DNA from: Camelus dromedarius
Taxonomy: Eukaryota
Length of the DNA stretch: 64,000 bases
Assembly: GCF_036321535.1 (NCBI RefSeq)
Contig: NC_087436.1
Span: forward strand, 120,654,001 to 120,718,000
Direction of reading: 5' to 3'
Shown: positions 61,042 to 64,000 of the stretch, one piece after another
Position numbering within the stretch: the stretch's first letter is position 1
How the letters are laid out: each line of letters starts with the position of its first letter
Notes under the pieces: model-generated
Database searches by the model: none
Told to the model about the DNA's origin: nothing
Seen by the model: the letters and a program-made list of their open reading frames with translations, nothing else
Program-made: the position numbers and the translations under genes

Positions 61042-62499
61042 GTGGGAATTTGAAGCCCAGCCTGGGCCCCGCAGAGCTCCCTGCGAGGTCAGGGAAGCAG
61101 TGGACACGCATGGGGACGTCCAGAGGTGGCTCTGAGGTTGTTCCCTTGGACGTGGGACGTGGTGATCAGCACCTCCTCTGCCATCCATCACCGTGGTCGG
61201 AGCCCTTAAGGCCCACCCAGGCTGCGGTCCAACCCAAGACCCCTCTGACTGCATTTACGCCCGGACCCGGGTGAGTCGGGGGCTCCAGGCAGGCGAGACT
61301 GCTGACCCCGCCTCCCCTGCCCCAGCGCTGTGATTGCGCTTGGGCAGTTAAGTGGAGCACTCCGCTCCTAATTGCTGTAATGGTGCTCGGGGGAGGGCAA
61401 TCAGGGCTCCGCTGATCAGGTGTGAGCCCAGGGAGGTCTCTGTGGGGTGGGACCCCGCACCTCCCGCTCGCCCACCAGCCATGGTGGCTCCCCTGTGGGC
61501 CTGCAGCCAGCCAGGCGGCTGAGAGCTAGTCTGGGCTGCCAGGGGACAGTGGGTCCTGGCTCCTCCATGTCTAGCTGGAAAACTGGGGGCCTCATTCACT
61601 CATTCATTCATTCACTCATTCAGTCAACAGACACAGGACGGGGGCTGGGTGAGCCCTGCCCAGGGCAGAGGACTCTGCAGACCCTGACTCACCCTCTCTG
61701 ACCATCCTGGGAGGATCACCCCATTTCACAGCTGATGAAATCGGGCCACAGAGAGCAACACTGTCCTGCTGCTTCAAATGAGGCAGGAAGGCAAGCGGCA
61801 GACCGCGGGTCTTATCTCCAGCTGGGGCCCATGTCCTACTGGGATGAGTGCTCAGGGAGGTACTAAGTAAGGGGGAGCTGTGCGCAGATGTCACCCCCCT
61901 GCCCACTGCCATCTGCCTGGTGTTCTCACCCGGGCCCAGAACAGCCCAGTGCTCCCAGGCTGCGGAGGAGGGCCGCTGAGGGGCCCTGGGTGCTGAGCTC
62001 CTCTTGTAAGTGACATTGCAACTTCAGGACCTTTGTCCATGCCTGCCCCGTTCGGGAGTGCCCAGGGCCCCTCTTCAGACACCCCACTCCTTCCATCACC
62101 AACACAGTGCAACCAGCTCTGTATATTTCTCTGTCTGCTCACTGCCTGTCCTTCTCCTCCAATGGCATGAGCATCCTGCGGAGCTGCCCTCCCCCGCCAC
62201 CAGCACTCCCAGGGCCTGGCTCCGCCGAACAGACACCCGGTTGGTGTGAGCCGTGGGGCTGTCACTACGGCACATCCCCTGTGTCCTGGTGGATACTAAG
62301 GGGCTAAGTCCAGGCAGGCCTCTAAGGCAGAGCTGAAGGTGGTTGTCAAAGGGGACAGTGTCACGGTAGGAAACTCAGCAAGCTGCAGACCGTCGGCATC
62401 TTCGCACACAAGCCGGGCCCTGACCGGAGGGAGAGCAGAAGCAAGGAGGTATCTTTCCCCTGACTTTACCCCAAATGCTTGCTGCCATTGGCCCCGGAG

Positions 62500-62920
62500 G
62501 CCATCGCTTTCACTGGCCTTCTGGTTAATTATAGTTAACTTGTTAGCGTTATTACAGCCCCCTTTTATAGATTCACGTAAATAAGGTGCATGTTCCAAAG
62601 CGTTACTGAGATGCCCTGATACAGATGCAACACAAATGTGTCCTGCAGAATCGGCTGTTACATCAAAACAGAGAAATTATATTTGCGTTTGACCACGTTT
62701 TGCTGCGTCTGATACCGGCTGATAAGAGACAGCTGCAGGCTGACCCGATACGGAGCAACATGTCAAAATCCGCCCTGATTCTGAATTTAGGAATTTAATC
62801 TACCTTTTGTTTCGAAGTCTTCAACGACCCCTTATCCCAAGCTCAAGCCTTTAAAAATCTTTTTGAGCGAAACAAATTGAATAGTTTTATAAAAGCAATT
62901 TATAAAATTCCCATGCATAC
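62500..62920. promoter_or_regulatory. Candidate enhancer block
   Basis: Unique AT-rich island with TTAATTA, GTAAATAA (FOX), ACATCAAA (TCF), TGATAAGA (GATA), TTTTATAAAA. Motif-based only. Confidence 0.4.
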
Positions 62921-63149
62921 AAGGAGGGAGGGAGAAAAGAAAAGCCGTAGAAAGATGTCTATGAAGGCGGCAAGGCGCAGAGAGAGCTGGAGGAGGGACA
63001 GCCCCAGAACAGAGGAGAAGAGAGCCGGAACCAGGCGTCCCAGAGGCCAGGGCAGCGCAGCCCACACACAGGTCTGTTCTTTAAGGGGGGGTGCCACCAG
63101 CCAGGACTTGAGCTGGACCTACTGGGGGAGCAGCAAGAACAGGACAGGC

Positions 63150-64000
63150 CGCGGGGGCAGAGACCAGAGTGTCCAGAGCCGGGGAGGGCGGGGAGGCCGC
63201 GGGGAGGCTGTGTGCCGGCGGAGGGAGGCCACAGGCAGCGACCGCCCAGTTGCAGAGAGAAGTGAGCTTAAGTGCAGCCTGGGCTGCTGAGGAAACGGGG
63301 GTCTTTGGCGGTGTCTCCGTCTTTCAGCTGCATTGCAGCTCCTGTCCCAGCAGGGTCCAGGGCGCACCCAGGGCCTCGGTCCAGCTCTGCGCACAGCCTC
63401 GCGGCGGACGCTCCTGCACCCGCGCACCTCCGCCTGGGGAATGCGGATCCGCACCCGCGCGGCCGCAGGAGCTGCGTGCCGGCCCCGCGCTGGGCGCCCC
63501 ACCTGCATCTTCTCGCTTACCCTCACAGCCCCCAGCAAGGAGGTGCGGCCAAGCCCGCCCCACGGGGAGGAGCCGAGGCCCAGAGGTCGAAGGTCCGGAG
63601 GAGCAGAGAGGGGCCTGCCATCAGGTGTTGCCTGGGAGCCCTGCCTCCTGGCATCTCACGCACGCCTGACGCCCCGTCAACGAGGAAGGAATGAATACAC
63701 AGCTGAATGAGCAGCCTGTTTCCCGCGTGTGGCTGCAAAAAGCAGGTCTTATTTAATTAATGACTGGCTCTGTAATTGCCGTTACAATGCGCTCCGTGTG
63801 CCGCCGTCTGCGATGGGCTTTCTAGACAATTTTGGCGCCAGTGGCCTAATGTGGAAGCGCCTTGCCTGCCGAGGGACCGAGTGCTTCATCCATCAACCGC
63901 CTCCTCCCGCCCAGCGCGGCAGATCAATACCTGCTCCCACACCGAGGCCCCTTCCTCAGGGCGCAGGGCCAGGCGCGGCCCTCCCGGCTCTCCTCGCTCA
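63150..64000. other. CpG-rich segment containing an AT-rich homeodomain-motif core (63690-63930)
   Basis: Dense CpG on both sides of TATTTAATTAATGAC, GTAATTG, CCTAATG, CCATCAA, GATCAAT. Runs off the window end. Confidence 0.4.

Noticed and set aside
1..64000. A named host gene or a novel multi-gene system
   Set aside because: No protein-coding exon, operon-like structure or structured RNA could be supported from the sequence. Naming the locus would be a guess.

Overview
Mammalian, GC-rich, apparently non-coding genomic DNA (intergenic or deep intron). It is probably from a camelid: there is a tRNA-Ala-derived Vic-1-type SINE at 4466-4567 and cetartiodactyl-style L1 3' ends, and I saw no Alu, B1, Bov-tA or PRE1. 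I recognise no host protein-coding exon, functional RNA gene, CRISPR array or prokaryotic system. The only recognisable proteins in the ORF track are dead LINE-1 ORF1/ORF2 fragments. A large part of the window is old interspersed repeat (L1M, L2, MIR, about nine MaLR MLT1 solo LTRs, MLT2, LTR16-like, Tigger1 MITE, MER5A, MER58A). Between the repeats lie several AT-richer, repeat-free blocks dense in homeodomain/TALE motifs that look like developmental enhancers. The best leads are: (1) a MER41-like ERV1 solo LTR with two intact tandem GAS/STAT sites (57665-58288); (2) an L1 3' end rewritten by AT-to-GC substitutions, suggesting a GC-biased gene conversion hotspot (35390-36205); (3) a candidate 12-nt neural-type microexon (38202-38213); (4) an L1 whose internal deletion joins ORF1 to ORF2; (5) PBX-HOX/MEIS-rich enhancer candidates; and (6) a G-rich minisatellite with higher-order structure. 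I cannot support a claim of a new biological system. Repeat family names come from my recollection of consensus sequences, most boundaries are approximate, and all should be confirmed with RepeatMasker/Dfam.
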